A DNA stretch of 64,000 nt from Gammaproteobacteria bacterium (GCA_965277775.1 OZ255843.1:455451-519450); one strand, 5' to 3'; shown: positions 9,225 through 21,338, numbered from the stretch's first letter. Notes: generated by a model from the letters alone, not told the origin. Numbers and translations: made by a program.

Positions 9225-9793
9225 CGATTTTGGTAAACACTCGCTATTTTTTTATTGATTTCTGTGGCTATTACTTGTGCTTTTATCATTGTGCATTGAA
9301 CTGTTTTCCAATTGTTCCAGTGTTGTTGCCAAATTTCTGTACCTACAATTTTTTCGAAGTCTACTTTAGTAGGTGTTCCCCAGCTCTCATAAGCTCGAAG
9401 TTTGATTATACGTTGCGCTAAATCAGGGATTTTCTTGGATTTTGGGGATAGTTTGGCATCACTATTAATCCAGGTCTCCCAAGCTTTGTTACCTTTTGAC
9501 TGGTTGCACTTTCCACAAGCAGGCACAAGGTTGTGGATTTCAGAAACATAACCAGTCGGTTTCTTGTCTTTAACTAATGGCCGCAAGTGATCCCATTCAG
9601 TAGCAGAAGAACCACAGTAAGAGCACTGAAATGTATCGCGATTCATTCCTAGGATTTCTAGAGCAGTTTTAACCTCACCATCATTAGGTTCAATCACTGG
9701 AATAATTGAGTTTATGAAGGAGTTTGTAATGCTTGATGATCTCCCAGTGATTTTCATCGGAGTAGGCATTTTGAATAATGTTAAATAATTCAT
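9218..9793 (-). CDS. HNH endonuclease (cassette ORF, 191 aa)
   Basis: CSYCG...WDHLRP...HNLVPACGKCNQSKG: Cys4/His HNH signature. Confidence 0.6.
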   Translation of the reverse strand: MNYLTLFKMPTPMKITGRSSSITNSFINSIIPVIEPNDGEVKTALEILGMNRDTFQCSYCGSSATEWDHLRPLVKDKKPTGYVSEIHNLVPACGKCNQSKGNKAWETWINSDAKLSPKSKKIPDLAQRIIKLRAYESWGTPTKVDFEKIVGTEIWQQHWNNWKTVQCTMIKAQVIATEINKKIASVYQNRL

Positions 9794-9827
9794 AAGTTAA
9801 CGATACTGCTGGTTGAACTCGATTAGG

Positions 9828-9896
9828 TTATAACGACTAAACTCAGCCGACCGAAACCGCTTGCGGTTTTGGGTCGGCTGGAGTGCCTTGTTATGT
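9828..9896 (-). repeat. attC site
   Basis: TTATAACGACTAAACTCAGCCGACCGAAACCGCTTGCGGTTTTGGGTCGGCTGGAGTGCCTTGTTATG; long palindromic arms. Confidence 0.65.
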
Positions 9897-10307
9897 GTTT
9901 TTCTCGTAATAAACGGGTTCATTATTGTCATAAATAGCCTTTTCTAAAACACGCTTTATTTCATCTTTTTGATTTTCATCTATGAATAGATGACCACTTT
10001 GACCAGGAAAAACTTTATTATTTAATCTATCTAGCATATGAATAATTTTAATGTCATTAACCTTATGACCTTCTGTGTACTTGTCATCCCTTTCTTTACA
10101 AGTATTTCTTTCTCCACAAAACATTGCTTTGGCTACAATGTAACTATCATATGCAAAATATATTGTATCTTCTGATTTTAGTTTATCTCCGATTTTTACA
10201 GTAGCATAAAAGAAATTATTATCTCTCGAAGTTAATAAATGCCTAAAAAACTCCTTCGTTTCTTTAATATCACCATCTGAGCTATCCATCCTAAACAGAA
10301 CATCCAT
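9891..10307 (-). CDS. hypothetical protein (last cassette ORF, 138 aa)
   Basis: ORF downstream of nothing recognisable, followed by attC 9828-9896. Confidence 0.45.
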   Translation of the reverse strand: MDVLFRMDSSDGDIKETKEFFRHLLTSRDNNFFYATVKIGDKLKSEDTIYFAYDSYIVAKAMFCGERNTCKERDDKYTEGHKVNDIKIIHMLDRLNNKVFPGQSGHLFIDENQKDEIKRVLEKAIYDNNEPVYYEKNT

Positions 10308-10731
10308 AGTTAACCTCCTTATGTATTTTATAACCCACCAGATTGATCAGGTGTGTTAGCTTTCTTTGCCTTTGAAACTTCGTATGCTTGATATAATTTT
10401 CTCATAATTGCTTCTGCCCGATGAGTATATCAGATTTCAATTTCTGCATTTGGTTCTACATCAAAAATTGAAACTAGCGATGAATCTCCTTTATCATAGT
10501 TAAACTGCCCATCTTTTTTTATCATCACTAATCCTCCAATAGTTGCCGTGCGGATAATTTGATGATTTAACACTCGAATATTTTTTTGTAAGTAGTGAGA
10601 AAATTTCCAAATACTTTCCAGTTAATAAGGGCGATTTTGATTTTAGAATTACTTCTGTTATTTTAAGGGAGGGATGAGAGGACGTTCAACTGCTCAACGA
10701 CCAACGCGAGTTAGAGCAACAGCAAAAATGA

Positions 10732-11247
10732 CTATCGCTTCGGGGTATAAAATGGGTTATAGGCATTTGCTTGGGCATTTGCCACCTCTTGTTTGGATGG
10801 CTTTCCAGTCAGAGCTTTTGTTATTGCTTTGGCGATGCATTGACGGTTGTTATCATAGACCAAGTCTAAATCAGTCACTTTAGGATTGACCCAGACGCAG
10901 GCCACAATGCACCAGTTTTCAAACATGTCATCAGTAATGACGCCCTCTTCCACAAGGTCTTGTATGCCTCTGGCTAAACCTGCTTGAGCTGCGCCCCAAG
11001 TTGCATCACCATGTTTGTCAGAGGTGATTTCAGCCTTGGTGGCAAATAAGGTGTCTGGCTTTACTGAGATGCCTGGTTGATGAATGGCCATGAATGGAAT
11101 ATAGCCTTGTCTGGGGGCGGCCATTGCATTGAGCAATGCTTGTCCTACAGCACTCGATTTTGGTCCAAATAGTGCGTTTATGTGCGCAGCGTTGAAGTTT
11201 CCTGCGCCGTCTTCTCCAACAAATGATTCTCCAATGTAAATACTCAT
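10732..11247 (-). CDS. fae: formaldehyde-activating enzyme (5,6,7,8-tetrahydromethanopterin hydro-lyase)
   Basis: 171 aa; strong similarity by memory to Fae (MSIYIGE...GDGAGNF..AHI...FGPK...). Confidence 0.8.
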   Translation of the reverse strand: MSIYIGESFVGEDGAGNFNAAHINALFGPKSSAVGQALLNAMAAPRQGYIPFMAIHQPGISVKPDTLFATKAEITSDKHGDATWGAAQAGLARGIQDLVEEGVITDDMFENWCIVACVWVNPKVTDLDLVYDNNRQCIAKAITKALTGKPSKQEVANAQANAYNPFYTPKR

Positions 11248-11291
11248 AGCAATTGATCCTTGGTTATCCTTTAGGTGATTATCATAACAGG

Positions 11292-12398
11292 TTATTCGTG
11301 GGGTAATAAAACCGTACGAATGGCTTTGCCTTCTTTAAAGTCCGCAAGCGCCTTAGCAATATGGTCTAACGATAAGGTTTGGGTGACCAGTTCATCTAAA
11401 AGCACTTCTCCTTTTTGATAAAGTCTGGCGATTTTGGGAAAATCAAGTCTGCAATTGGCACTGCCATAAAAGCTGCCCGTTAAAATCTTCTCTTCGCGAG
11501 GAATGTTTTGTTGGGGCAGGTTCACGTTTTTGCCGACAGCGTCTATGCCCACGGCAACTATCGTTCCTCTGCGTCGCGTTAATGCATGTGCTTGTGCGAG
11601 CAGGTCTGCATTACCCACCACCTCAAATGAGAAGTCAACGCCTATGCCACGTGTGAGTGATGCCACCATAGCTTCAACCTCATCTGGCTTAGCAAAATGG
11701 GTCATACCAAAAGTCTTGGCTATGTCCACCTTATCGGCATTGGCATCAACACCGATGATCGTTTCCGCACCGCAGATACGTGCGCCTTGAATCACATTTA
11801 AGCCCACGCCGCCTAAGCCATACACCAGAACGGTGCTGCCTGGAGTCACTTTGGCGGTATTCATGGCTGCGCCTATGCCCGTCATGACGGCACAACCTAT
11901 AAGAGAAATAGGGGCGAAATCCATGCCATCGTCAAGTTTGATGCAGCTGGCTTCGTTCACAACCGCGTGCTGAGCCCAAGTCGATAAAAAACTGTAGTGG
12001 TAAATGGTTTCTCCGCTGGAGGTTTTCATACGAGACGTGCCGTCTAACAGACCGCCATCCAAAACTTTAGGCGCTGAGCTTTCGCATAAATGTGAATGCC
12101 CAGAATCGCAAAAAAAGCAATGACCACAATCGGGCGCCCATGACAATGCGACGCTATCTCCTGGCTGCACTCTTGTGACTGATTTGCCGACAGCTTCAAC
12201 GATGCCCGCGCCTTCGTGTCCTAATACAACAGGAAAGGGTGATGGAATGGTGCCGGTGATTACGTGGGCATCACTGGCACAAACGCCCGTTGCCATGATT
12301 TTGACTAAGACTTCGTCGTCTTTGGGCGGATCGAGTATGATTTCTTCTACGACTGGTGCTTGATTGACACCGTAACAGAGGATGGCTTTGGTTTTCAT
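11292..12398 (-). CDS. zinc-dependent alcohol dehydrogenase (class III / formaldehyde dehydrogenase-like)
   Basis: GHEGAG zinc-ligand motif, C-x2-C-x2-C-x7-C structural Zn site, GLGGVG Rossmann; 368 aa. Confidence 0.8.
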   Translation of the reverse strand: MKTKAILCYGVNQAPVVEEIILDPPKDDEVLVKIMATGVCASDAHVITGTIPSPFPVVLGHEGAGIVEAVGKSVTRVQPGDSVALSWAPDCGHCFFCDSGHSHLCESSAPKVLDGGLLDGTSRMKTSSGETIYHYSFLSTWAQHAVVNEASCIKLDDGMDFAPISLIGCAVMTGIGAAMNTAKVTPGSTVLVYGLGGVGLNVIQGARICGAETIIGVDANADKVDIAKTFGMTHFAKPDEVEAMVASLTRGIGVDFSFEVVGNADLLAQAHALTRRRGTIVAVGIDAVGKNVNLPQQNIPREEKILTGSFYGSANCRLDFPKIARLYQKGEVLLDELVTQTLSLDHIAKALADFKEGKAIRTVLLPHE

Positions 12399-12467
12399 GT
12401 CTTTTAAATATGGATAACAAATACAGAAAGAATTATTTTAACAAGCATGAATGGCTTTTGCAAAGTC

Positions 12468-13064
12468 TTAAAGGACTTTAAATTTGCGACGTTTTTCTGG
12501 GCTGAGAATGCGCCAGGATAGCAATAGCACAAACATAAAGCCAAACAGCATGGGTTCAGCTGAGTCCGCTTTCACTAGTAGAAAAAAATGGAGTACGCCA
12601 AACACAGGGATGATGTAAACCCAGTTGTGAATTTTTTGCCAGGTTTTTTTCAGGCGTTTGCGCCAACCCATGGTTGAAGTTAGAGCTAATACTATCAACA
12701 CAACTAAGGCGACAATCCCAGCCCAAATATAGGGATGCTCGAGAATGTCCAACCAGATCTCATCCCAATAAAATCCCAAATCAAGACCGAGGTACACAAG
12801 CGAATGCAGAACCGCATAGAAGGCAGCAAATAGGCCCAGTTGACGACGATAGCTCATGGGTGCAAACCAACCCAAAAGTTCTTGCACAGGTTTTACCATC
12901 AAGGTGAGTACCAAGAAGAACAGGCTTAATTGTCCAGATTGGTGGGTGATGTACTCAATGGGATTGGCCCAAAGGTCGTCTTGAAAAAGTCCCCAAGTAA
13001 ACCAAAACGCAGGAATAATTGACAGTGTGAATAGACCGACGCGGGTCCATGTCAAAGGGTACAT
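12468..13064 (-). CDS. msrQ: protein-methionine-sulfoxide reductase haem-binding subunit
   Basis: 198-aa polytopic membrane protein, ferric-reductase-like TM domain with conserved His; adjacent to msrP. Confidence 0.8.
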   Translation of the reverse strand: MYPLTWTRVGLFTLSIIPAFWFTWGLFQDDLWANPIEYITHQSGQLSLFFLVLTLMVKPVQELLGWFAPMSYRRQLGLFAAFYAVLHSLVYLGLDLGFYWDEIWLDILEHPYIWAGIVALVVLIVLALTSTMGWRKRLKKTWQKIHNWVYIIPVFGVLHFFLLVKADSAEPMLFGFMFVLLLSWRILSPEKRRKFKVL

Positions 13065-13094
13065 TAGAGCTACTTCTATAATTCAGGCGCTATT

Positions 13095-14051
13095 CTAATA
13101 GTATCTGAGCAAGTCCATTTCCTTGTACATGCTGGCCACTTGTTTTGAATAGCCGTTAAACATCAATGTGTCTCTTTTTCTAAATTCTCCCAAGCGCCGT
13201 TCACGACTTTGTAGCCATCTGGGATGGTGTACATTGGGATTAACATTGGCGTAAAAACCGTATTCATTCGGTGCAGCATCATTCCAAGCAGTATTAGGCA
13301 TGTCTTCTGTAAAATGTATTTTGGTTATGGACTTGATGCTCTTAAAGCCATATTTCCAAGGAACGACCAATCGGACTGGTGCGCCATTTTGAGGCAACAA
13401 AGTTTTGCCGTAAATCCCCACAGCCATCAATGTCAGAGGGTTCATTGCTTCATCCATTCTCAACCCTTCATGATAGGGCCATCGAAGAACAGGATAACGC
13501 TGTCCTTGCAGATTTTTTGAATCTAAAATGGTGGTGAACTGTACGTATTTTGCTTCACTGGTTGGCTCAAATTTTTTGATCAGATGGCTCAATTGAAAGC
13601 CATTCCAGGGCACAACCATAGACCAACGCTCAACACATCTGAAGCTATAAATTCGCTCTTCCAAAGGCAATTTGAGCATGTCTTCCATGTGGATTTTACC
13701 AGGTCTTTTAACGGCGCCAGTGATCTCAATGCTCCATGGATCACGTTGTTTCATCGATTTTTCCAACCATCTGGCGTTTCTCGCAGGGTCGGCTTTATCA
13801 GTGCCTAATTCATAGTAATTGTTATAGGTGGTAATCCTCTTATAACTCGTGGGCTTTTCTTCGACACTGAATTCAAGATTTTTTTCGCCCAAACTGGCCA
13901 ATGCCATTTGTGGCAAACCAACTGATGCAATGGTTGCGGCTGCCCCCAATTTAACGAATTTACGACGGTTTATAAAATCGTCTTCTGAGGTGATTTCACT
14001 ACCAGGTGGTGTGGGAAATTTAAATAAATTTGACATTTTAATAAACTCCAA
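13095..14051 (-). CDS. msrP: protein-methionine-sulfoxide reductase catalytic subunit (molybdopterin)
   Basis: Tat signal RRKFVKLGAAATIA, YedY-like sequence. Confidence 0.85.
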   Translation of the reverse strand: MEFIKMSNLFKFPTPPGSEITSEDDFINRRKFVKLGAAATIASVGLPQMALASLGEKNLEFSVEEKPTSYKRITTYNNYYELGTDKADPARNARWLEKSMKQRDPWSIEITGAVKRPGKIHMEDMLKLPLEERIYSFRCVERWSMVVPWNGFQLSHLIKKFEPTSEAKYVQFTTILDSKNLQGQRYPVLRWPYHEGLRMDEAMNPLTLMAVGIYGKTLLPQNGAPVRLVVPWKYGFKSIKSITKIHFTEDMPNTAWNDAAPNEYGFYANVNPNVHHPRWLQSRERRLGEFRKRDTLMFNGYSKQVASMYKEMDLLRYY

Positions 14052-14260
14052 ATGCTGATTTGCTAAACATTGATGGTTTCATTATAGCAATATTCAAACT
14101 TAAGTTGAATGAATATGCCCCAACCCATCTAAACACTTAAAAGTCAAAACCCATAGACCCATAAAAGTACGAAACTGTTTCAACAATACACGATAATGAC
14201 CCCTCTTTTATATTATTACGCCCCTGATTTAATAAATCCCTGAAGCGGAGGAAGCTGTCA

Positions 14261-14470
14261 GTGACTAAACCAGACAACCTTACAACCTTGATGCCCTGCC
14301 CCAATTGCAAGAAATTATGCCAGCTTGGTGCACAAAACCCAAATCGCCCATTTTGCAGTAAACAGTGTAGAGACAGTGATTTGCACGGATGGTTTAATGA
14401 AATCAATCACATTCCGGGTAAAACCATTTCAGATTCTATGAAAGAAGAACAACAGGATAAAGACTTATGA
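14261..14470 (+). CDS. yacG: DNA gyrase inhibitor YacG (zinc ribbon)
   Basis: CPNC...PFCSKQCRDSDLHGWFNE. Confidence 0.7.
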   Translation: MTKPDNLTTLMPCPNCKKLCQLGAQNPNRPFCSKQCRDSDLHGWFNEINHIPGKTISDSMKEEQQDKDL

Positions 14471-15654
14471 CTCCGACCCGCATCGTTATCTTCGCGGCCA
14501 TCGCCATTGTGATGATTTCACTCGGTACCAGACAATCTTTGGGCATCTTTGCCTTGCCTTTTGATGAATTAAGCACCTCGGATAGACAGTGGTTTGGTTT
14601 TGCCATTGCTGTACAAAATTTACTTTGGGGTCTCAGTTCGCCCTTTTTTGGCGCAATTGCCGACCGCTATGGTGCTCATAAGTCAGCGCTTCTCGGGGCG
14701 GTTCTTTATGTTTGTGGACTTTTGATCATTGCCGACATTGGCCAATGGTCTTTTTTCTTGGGCCAAGTGATGATTGGTTTCGGACTCGCTGGTTGTGGGC
14801 TCTCAATTTCTTTGGGCGCCGTTGCCAAAGTCTGTAGCGAGCAAAGGCGGTCTTTTATACTGGGCGTAGTTTCTGCCGCTGGGTCATTTGGTCAGTTTGC
14901 CCTGGTCCCCATTTCTGCACATCTATTTGAGTTGTACAGCTGGTTTGGGTCTTTTATCATCCTAAGCGTTATTGCGACTTTCCTCATTCCCTTTGCTTTC
15001 GCTTTGAAGTATTCTCACACACCCTTAGCCGCCAGAAAATCGAGCGACCAGACTATGCGCTCTGTACTCATCGAAGCGCGTACACACAAAGATTTTATCC
15101 TACTGACTTTGGGATTTTTCGTCTGTGGTTTTCAAGTGGTTTTTATTGCCACCCATTTGACGGCCTACTTAATTGACAATGGCATTATTTCCACGACGGC
15201 TTCGTACGCCTTGGCGTTAATCGGCCTGTTTAACATTTTCGGCACGTTATTCGCTGGTTGGCTGGGTGGGCGATACCGTAAAAAAACTGTGCTCACTGGG
15301 TTATATTTACTTCGATCACTGGTGATTTTAATATTCATCTTAGTGCCACTGACGCCTACAACGGCCATCTTATTTGGGGTATTCATCGGCTTTTTATGGC
15401 TGGGAACCGTGCCTCTGACGAGCGGATTGGTTGCGTATTTTTTTGACGTCAAATACTTGTCCTTGCTGTATGGCATTGTCTTTTTTTCTCATCAAGTGGG
15501 ATCGTTTTTGGGGGCTTGGTTGGGCGGACTGACCTTTGAAGCCTACGGTAGCTACATGCCCATCTGGATACTCGCCATCCTATTTGGGCTGGTCTCGGCC
15601 GCCCTTCATTATCCGATCAAAGAAGATTTGCCTGTGAACAGCAAAGCTCAGTGA
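14467..15654 (+). CDS. MFS transporter
   Basis: 395 aa, 12 predicted TM segments, MFS-like loop motifs. Confidence 0.75.
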   Translation: MTPTRIVIFAAIAIVMISLGTRQSLGIFALPFDELSTSDRQWFGFAIAVQNLLWGLSSPFFGAIADRYGAHKSALLGAVLYVCGLLIIADIGQWSFFLGQVMIGFGLAGCGLSISLGAVAKVCSEQRRSFILGVVSAAGSFGQFALVPISAHLFELYSWFGSFIILSVIATFLIPFAFALKYSHTPLAARKSSDQTMRSVLIEARTHKDFILLTLGFFVCGFQVVFIATHLTAYLIDNGIISTTASYALALIGLFNIFGTLFAGWLGGRYRKKTVLTGLYLLRSLVILIFILVPLTPTTAILFGVFIGFLWLGTVPLTSGLVAYFFDVKYLSLLYGIVFFSHQVGSFLGAWLGGLTFEAYGSYMPIWILAILFGLVSAALHYPIKEDLPVNSKAQ

Positions 15655-15658
15655 TGGT

Positions 15659-16198
15659 CTAAAAGGGCTGAGTACCAATCACTTTATAGCCTTGATCATC
15701 TTGCGCCATCAGCGCAATGGCTTGCGCTTCAAAAGTCAATTCAAACGCCACTTCTGGCGCTGAAGAAGCTGGTATGTCATCAGCCAATAATACGTGGGGT
15801 ATAAAATAATTAGGCTTGACTTCATAGTCCAAAGCCAAGATGGCAGATTTAATTGCACTCTGCCACTGCCTCAGCGCATCAGATGCTTGTCCTGAAAGGG
15901 CATAGCCTTGACTATCTGCAGAAGAAAAAGCAGAAAACTTTGACAAAGAAATCTTAGGCGTGGGTGAAAATTTGATGGTCTGAAGTAGGCCCAAGAAGTT
16001 TTTCTCGCCGCGTTTGGTAATGTCGCCAATGGCGTTTAAGGTGATGTACCAATTTTCAGGCGGGCGGCACAGCGCTGGATCACTCATGTGTTTTGATAAC
16101 GCATTGGTAATCTCATTTTTAACCGCTTCAGGTAGCAACAATGCCAAGAAGGCGTTTGAATGAATGATGGGTCCTGTATCTGCTGGAATATCGGTCAT
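15659..16198 (-). CDS. hypothetical protein (possible degenerate 2H-phosphoesterase-like)
   Basis: 179-aa ORF; weak resemblance only. Confidence 0.4.
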   Translation of the reverse strand: MTDIPADTGPIIHSNAFLALLLPEAVKNEITNALSKHMSDPALCRPPENWYITLNAIGDITKRGEKNFLGLLQTIKFSPTPKISLSKFSAFSSADSQGYALSGQASDALRQWQSAIKSAILALDYEVKPNYFIPHVLLADDIPASSAPEVAFELTFEAQAIALMAQDDQGYKVIGTQPF

Positions 16199-16204
16199 TG
16201 CAAC

Positions 16205-16474
16205 TCAACGTTCATCGTCAATGATCCAGTACCATTTTTCATCTTTTTTAAGCCGCCCCAAATCTCGTCGAGCATACTGTTCTAAAGCTTGTGGATAGGC
16301 GCGTAATAAGGCGACATTTTTTTTGTAGCGATCCAACTGAGCTTGTAATTTTTGATTTTCCAATTGCTGCTTTGAAATGGCTTGATCTCTATGATATAAG
16401 TCCACCAAACCATTGTGTCCCACCCATAATTTGGCCTGTAGTACGACAATAACGATCAAAAAAATCCACTTCAT
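16205..16474 (-). CDS. ftsB: cell division protein FtsB (septum formation initiator)
   Basis: N-terminal TM then coiled coil (LENQKLQAQLDRYKKNVALL); chosen start is internal Met of the 110-aa ORF to avoid overlap with eno. Confidence 0.7.
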   Translation of the reverse strand: MKWIFLIVIVVLQAKLWVGHNGLVDLYHRDQAISKQQLENQKLQAQLDRYKKNVALLRAYPQALEQYARRDLGRLKKDEKWYWIIDDER

Positions 16475-16493
16475 CAACAATTCTCTATCATCA

Positions 16494-17786
16494 TTATTTT
16501 TTAAATGGTGCGCTTCCCGAATAAAGGGCGTTTTCACCCAACTGCTCTTCGATGCGCAACAATTGATTATATTTGGCGACTCGGTCTGTGCGTGACATAG
16601 AACCGGTTTTTATTTGCCCACATCCCGTACCGACCGCTAAGTCTGCAATGAAAACGTCTTCGGTTTCTCCTGAACGATGTGAGATGATTGAGTTGTAACC
16701 CGATGCATTGGCAAATTTCATGGTCTGGTATGTTTCGCTCAGCGTGCCAATTTGATTCACTTTGACTAATACCGCATTGGCCATTTTTTGTTGCACGCCT
16801 TGGGCCAGAATTTCGGCATTGGTCACAAATAAATCATCACCAACTAATTGAATTTTATGGCCCAATTTTTCGGTCATCAACTGCCAGCCAGGGTAATCAT
16901 TTTCGTCTAAACCATCTTCAATAGAAACAATGGGGTACTTGTCGCACAAGTTGGATAAATACTCGATAAAGTCTTGCGAATCTAAGGCACAGCCTTCACT
17001 TTCTAATTGATATTTTCCTGCTCGGTAGAATTCTGAGGCGGCAACATCGAGCGCTAATAGCACTTGCTCTCCAGCTGTATATCCTGCAGCTTCGATCGCC
17101 ATTGTGATCATCTCTAAAGCTTGTTCATTTGATTTCAGATTGGGCGCAAATCCGCCTTCATCACCCACCGCTGTACTCATTTTCTTTTGGTCTAAAATGG
17201 TTTTGAGCGTCTGAAAAACTTCGGCACCACAGCGCAAAGCATCGCTCAATCTATCAAAACCTGCGGGGATGATCATAAATTCTTGAAAATCAACGCTGTT
17301 ATTGGCATGTGATCCGCCATTGATGACATTCATCATGGGTGTGGGGAGCAATAATTGTTTTTGACCCACTTGTTCTGCAATGAGTTGGTAGAGCGTCATT
17401 TTATGATATTGAGCCAACGCAACATTGAGAGCCATAGAAACCGATAAAATGGCATTTGCACCCAAATTTTCCTTATTTGAACAACCGTCTAATTGCAACA
17501 GACGTTCATCGACTTTTGTCAAGTCGGCGCACTGCCCCACCAATGACTGACGAATGATCGTATTAACGGTAGTAACCGCACCCATAACGCCTTTGCCTTT
17601 CCAAGCCGGATCACCATCACGCCGCTCAACCGCTTCGCGAGAACCCGTCGATGCGCCAGAGGGTACAGCCGCTCTGCCCCAACAGTTCTCATGATCTAAG
17701 GTAATTTCAGTCTCAACCGTTGGATTCCCACGTGAGTCAATAATTTGACGAGCATGAATGTGTTTTATATGGGTCGTTTTTGTCAT
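16494..17786 (-). CDS. eno: enolase
   Basis: 430 aa, unmistakable enolase sequence (SRGNPTVE..., SHRSGETED). Confidence 0.95.
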   Translation of the reverse strand: MTKTTHIKHIHARQIIDSRGNPTVETEITLDHENCWGRAAVPSGASTGSREAVERRDGDPAWKGKGVMGAVTTVNTIIRQSLVGQCADLTKVDERLLQLDGCSNKENLGANAILSVSMALNVALAQYHKMTLYQLIAEQVGQKQLLLPTPMMNVINGGSHANNSVDFQEFMIIPAGFDRLSDALRCGAEVFQTLKTILDQKKMSTAVGDEGGFAPNLKSNEQALEMITMAIEAAGYTAGEQVLLALDVAASEFYRAGKYQLESEGCALDSQDFIEYLSNLCDKYPIVSIEDGLDENDYPGWQLMTEKLGHKIQLVGDDLFVTNAEILAQGVQQKMANAVLVKVNQIGTLSETYQTMKFANASGYNSIISHRSGETEDVFIADLAVGTGCGQIKTGSMSRTDRVAKYNQLLRIEEQLGENALYSGSAPFKK

Positions 17787-17842
17787 AGTTTCTCTCGTAA
17801 TGTCACTTTTTCATGCCGCTTATCTAAAAATAGAACGATGAC

Positions 17843-20355
<2,513 letters not shown>

Positions 20356-20474
20356 TTACATGGAAAATCTTACAAAGATTGATGGCTGATATTATACTGA
20401 ATAACGCCCCTCTAAATATTTCAAATTCTGGTCAATCTAACATACTGTGGAAAGCGCCTTGTCTCACTCAATGC

Positions 20475-21338
20475 TCAAACCACCGTGGTGCCAAACAATA
20501 ATCCGAGAAACAAACTAAAACCCACCCAGTGATTATTTAAGAACGCTTTCAAGTAATTATGGGGTTGTTTTGAGCGCATTAAAAAGGCTTGATACACAGT
20601 GAGTCCAAGGGCGACCCCCCAAAAAATAAGAAACGGCCATTGGGTGTCTAAAAAACTGTAGGCCAGTCCCAAAAAACCTAATAGAAATGCTGCCTGCAAC
20701 GACCAACATATGCGGTGCGCATAAGAACCAAACCAGCGTGCGGTTGATTTGATGTTCGCCTTCTCATCATCGACTATATCAGCCAGAGCGTAAATGGTAT
20801 CGTATGCAATGACCCAAAACATATTCAAAGCAAATAGTAGCCAACAAATCACAGGTAATTGACCTTGATACTCAATAAAGGCCATCAGAATGGCCGAACT
20901 GAACGCTAAGGCCAAAAAAAACTGAGGATACCAAATATAGCGCTTGGTAAAAGGATAAAGCGTCGCCAAGAACAGCGCAACTGCGGAGAATAAGATGGTT
21001 TGAACTTTTAATTGCAAAACCAAAATAAAGGCCAGTCCGATTAACCCGCCAAAAAACAACAAGGCTTGTCGTGGACTCACTCGATTATCAGCCAAAGGAC
21101 GACTGCCTGTGCGCGCCACCTTACCATCAATGTCTCGGTCAGCATAGTCGTTGATCACGCAACCGGCTGAACGCATGACGATGACCCCAAGTGCAAATAT
21201 GAGATTGATAAATCCATCTTGTTGATCCAAGGGGGCTGCCAAATACAAGGCCCATGCCGTTGGCCATAGCAGTAAATAAATGCCGATGGGTTTATTGAGC
21301 CGCGTGAGTTCGATGTAAGGTCTGAGTTTTTCAAGCAC
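20475..21338 (-). CDS. ubiA: 4-hydroxybenzoate polyprenyltransferase
   Basis: UbiA prenyltransferase motifs (NDYADRDID...), 287 aa membrane protein. Confidence 0.85.
   Translation of the reverse strand: MLEKLRPYIELTRLNKPIGIYLLLWPTAWALYLAAPLDQQDGFINLIFALGVIVMRSAGCVINDYADRDIDGKVARTGSRPLADNRVSPRQALLFFGGLIGLAFILVLQLKVQTILFSAVALFLATLYPFTKRYIWYPQFFLALAFSSAILMAFIEYQGQLPVICWLLFALNMFWVIAYDTIYALADIVDDEKANIKSTARWFGSYAHRICWSLQAAFLLGFLGLAYSFLDTQWPFLIFWGVALGLTVYQAFLMRSKQPHNYLKAFLNNHWVGFSLFLGLLFGTTVV

Noticed and set aside
10320-10731. intI/attI at the predicted head of the cassette array
   Set aside because: No ORF longer than ~30 codons is present and there is no tyrosine-recombinase motif. Only a weak attC-like remnant at 10328-10360 and cassette-like ORF fragments are found.
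11503-12363. Plus-strand ORFs (95 and 62 aa) inside the ADH gene, and similar antisense ORFs inside eno, pyrG, cas9, the M16 peptidase and ctaD
   Set aside because: They are antisense to well-supported genes and have Ala/Pro/Arg-rich compositions typical of GC-frame artefacts.
15659-16198. 2'-5' RNA ligase (LigT) call for the 179-aa protein
   Set aside because: The two H-x-T/S-x motifs that define 2H phosphoesterases are not both present (YITL and HVLL instead), so it is left as hypothetical.
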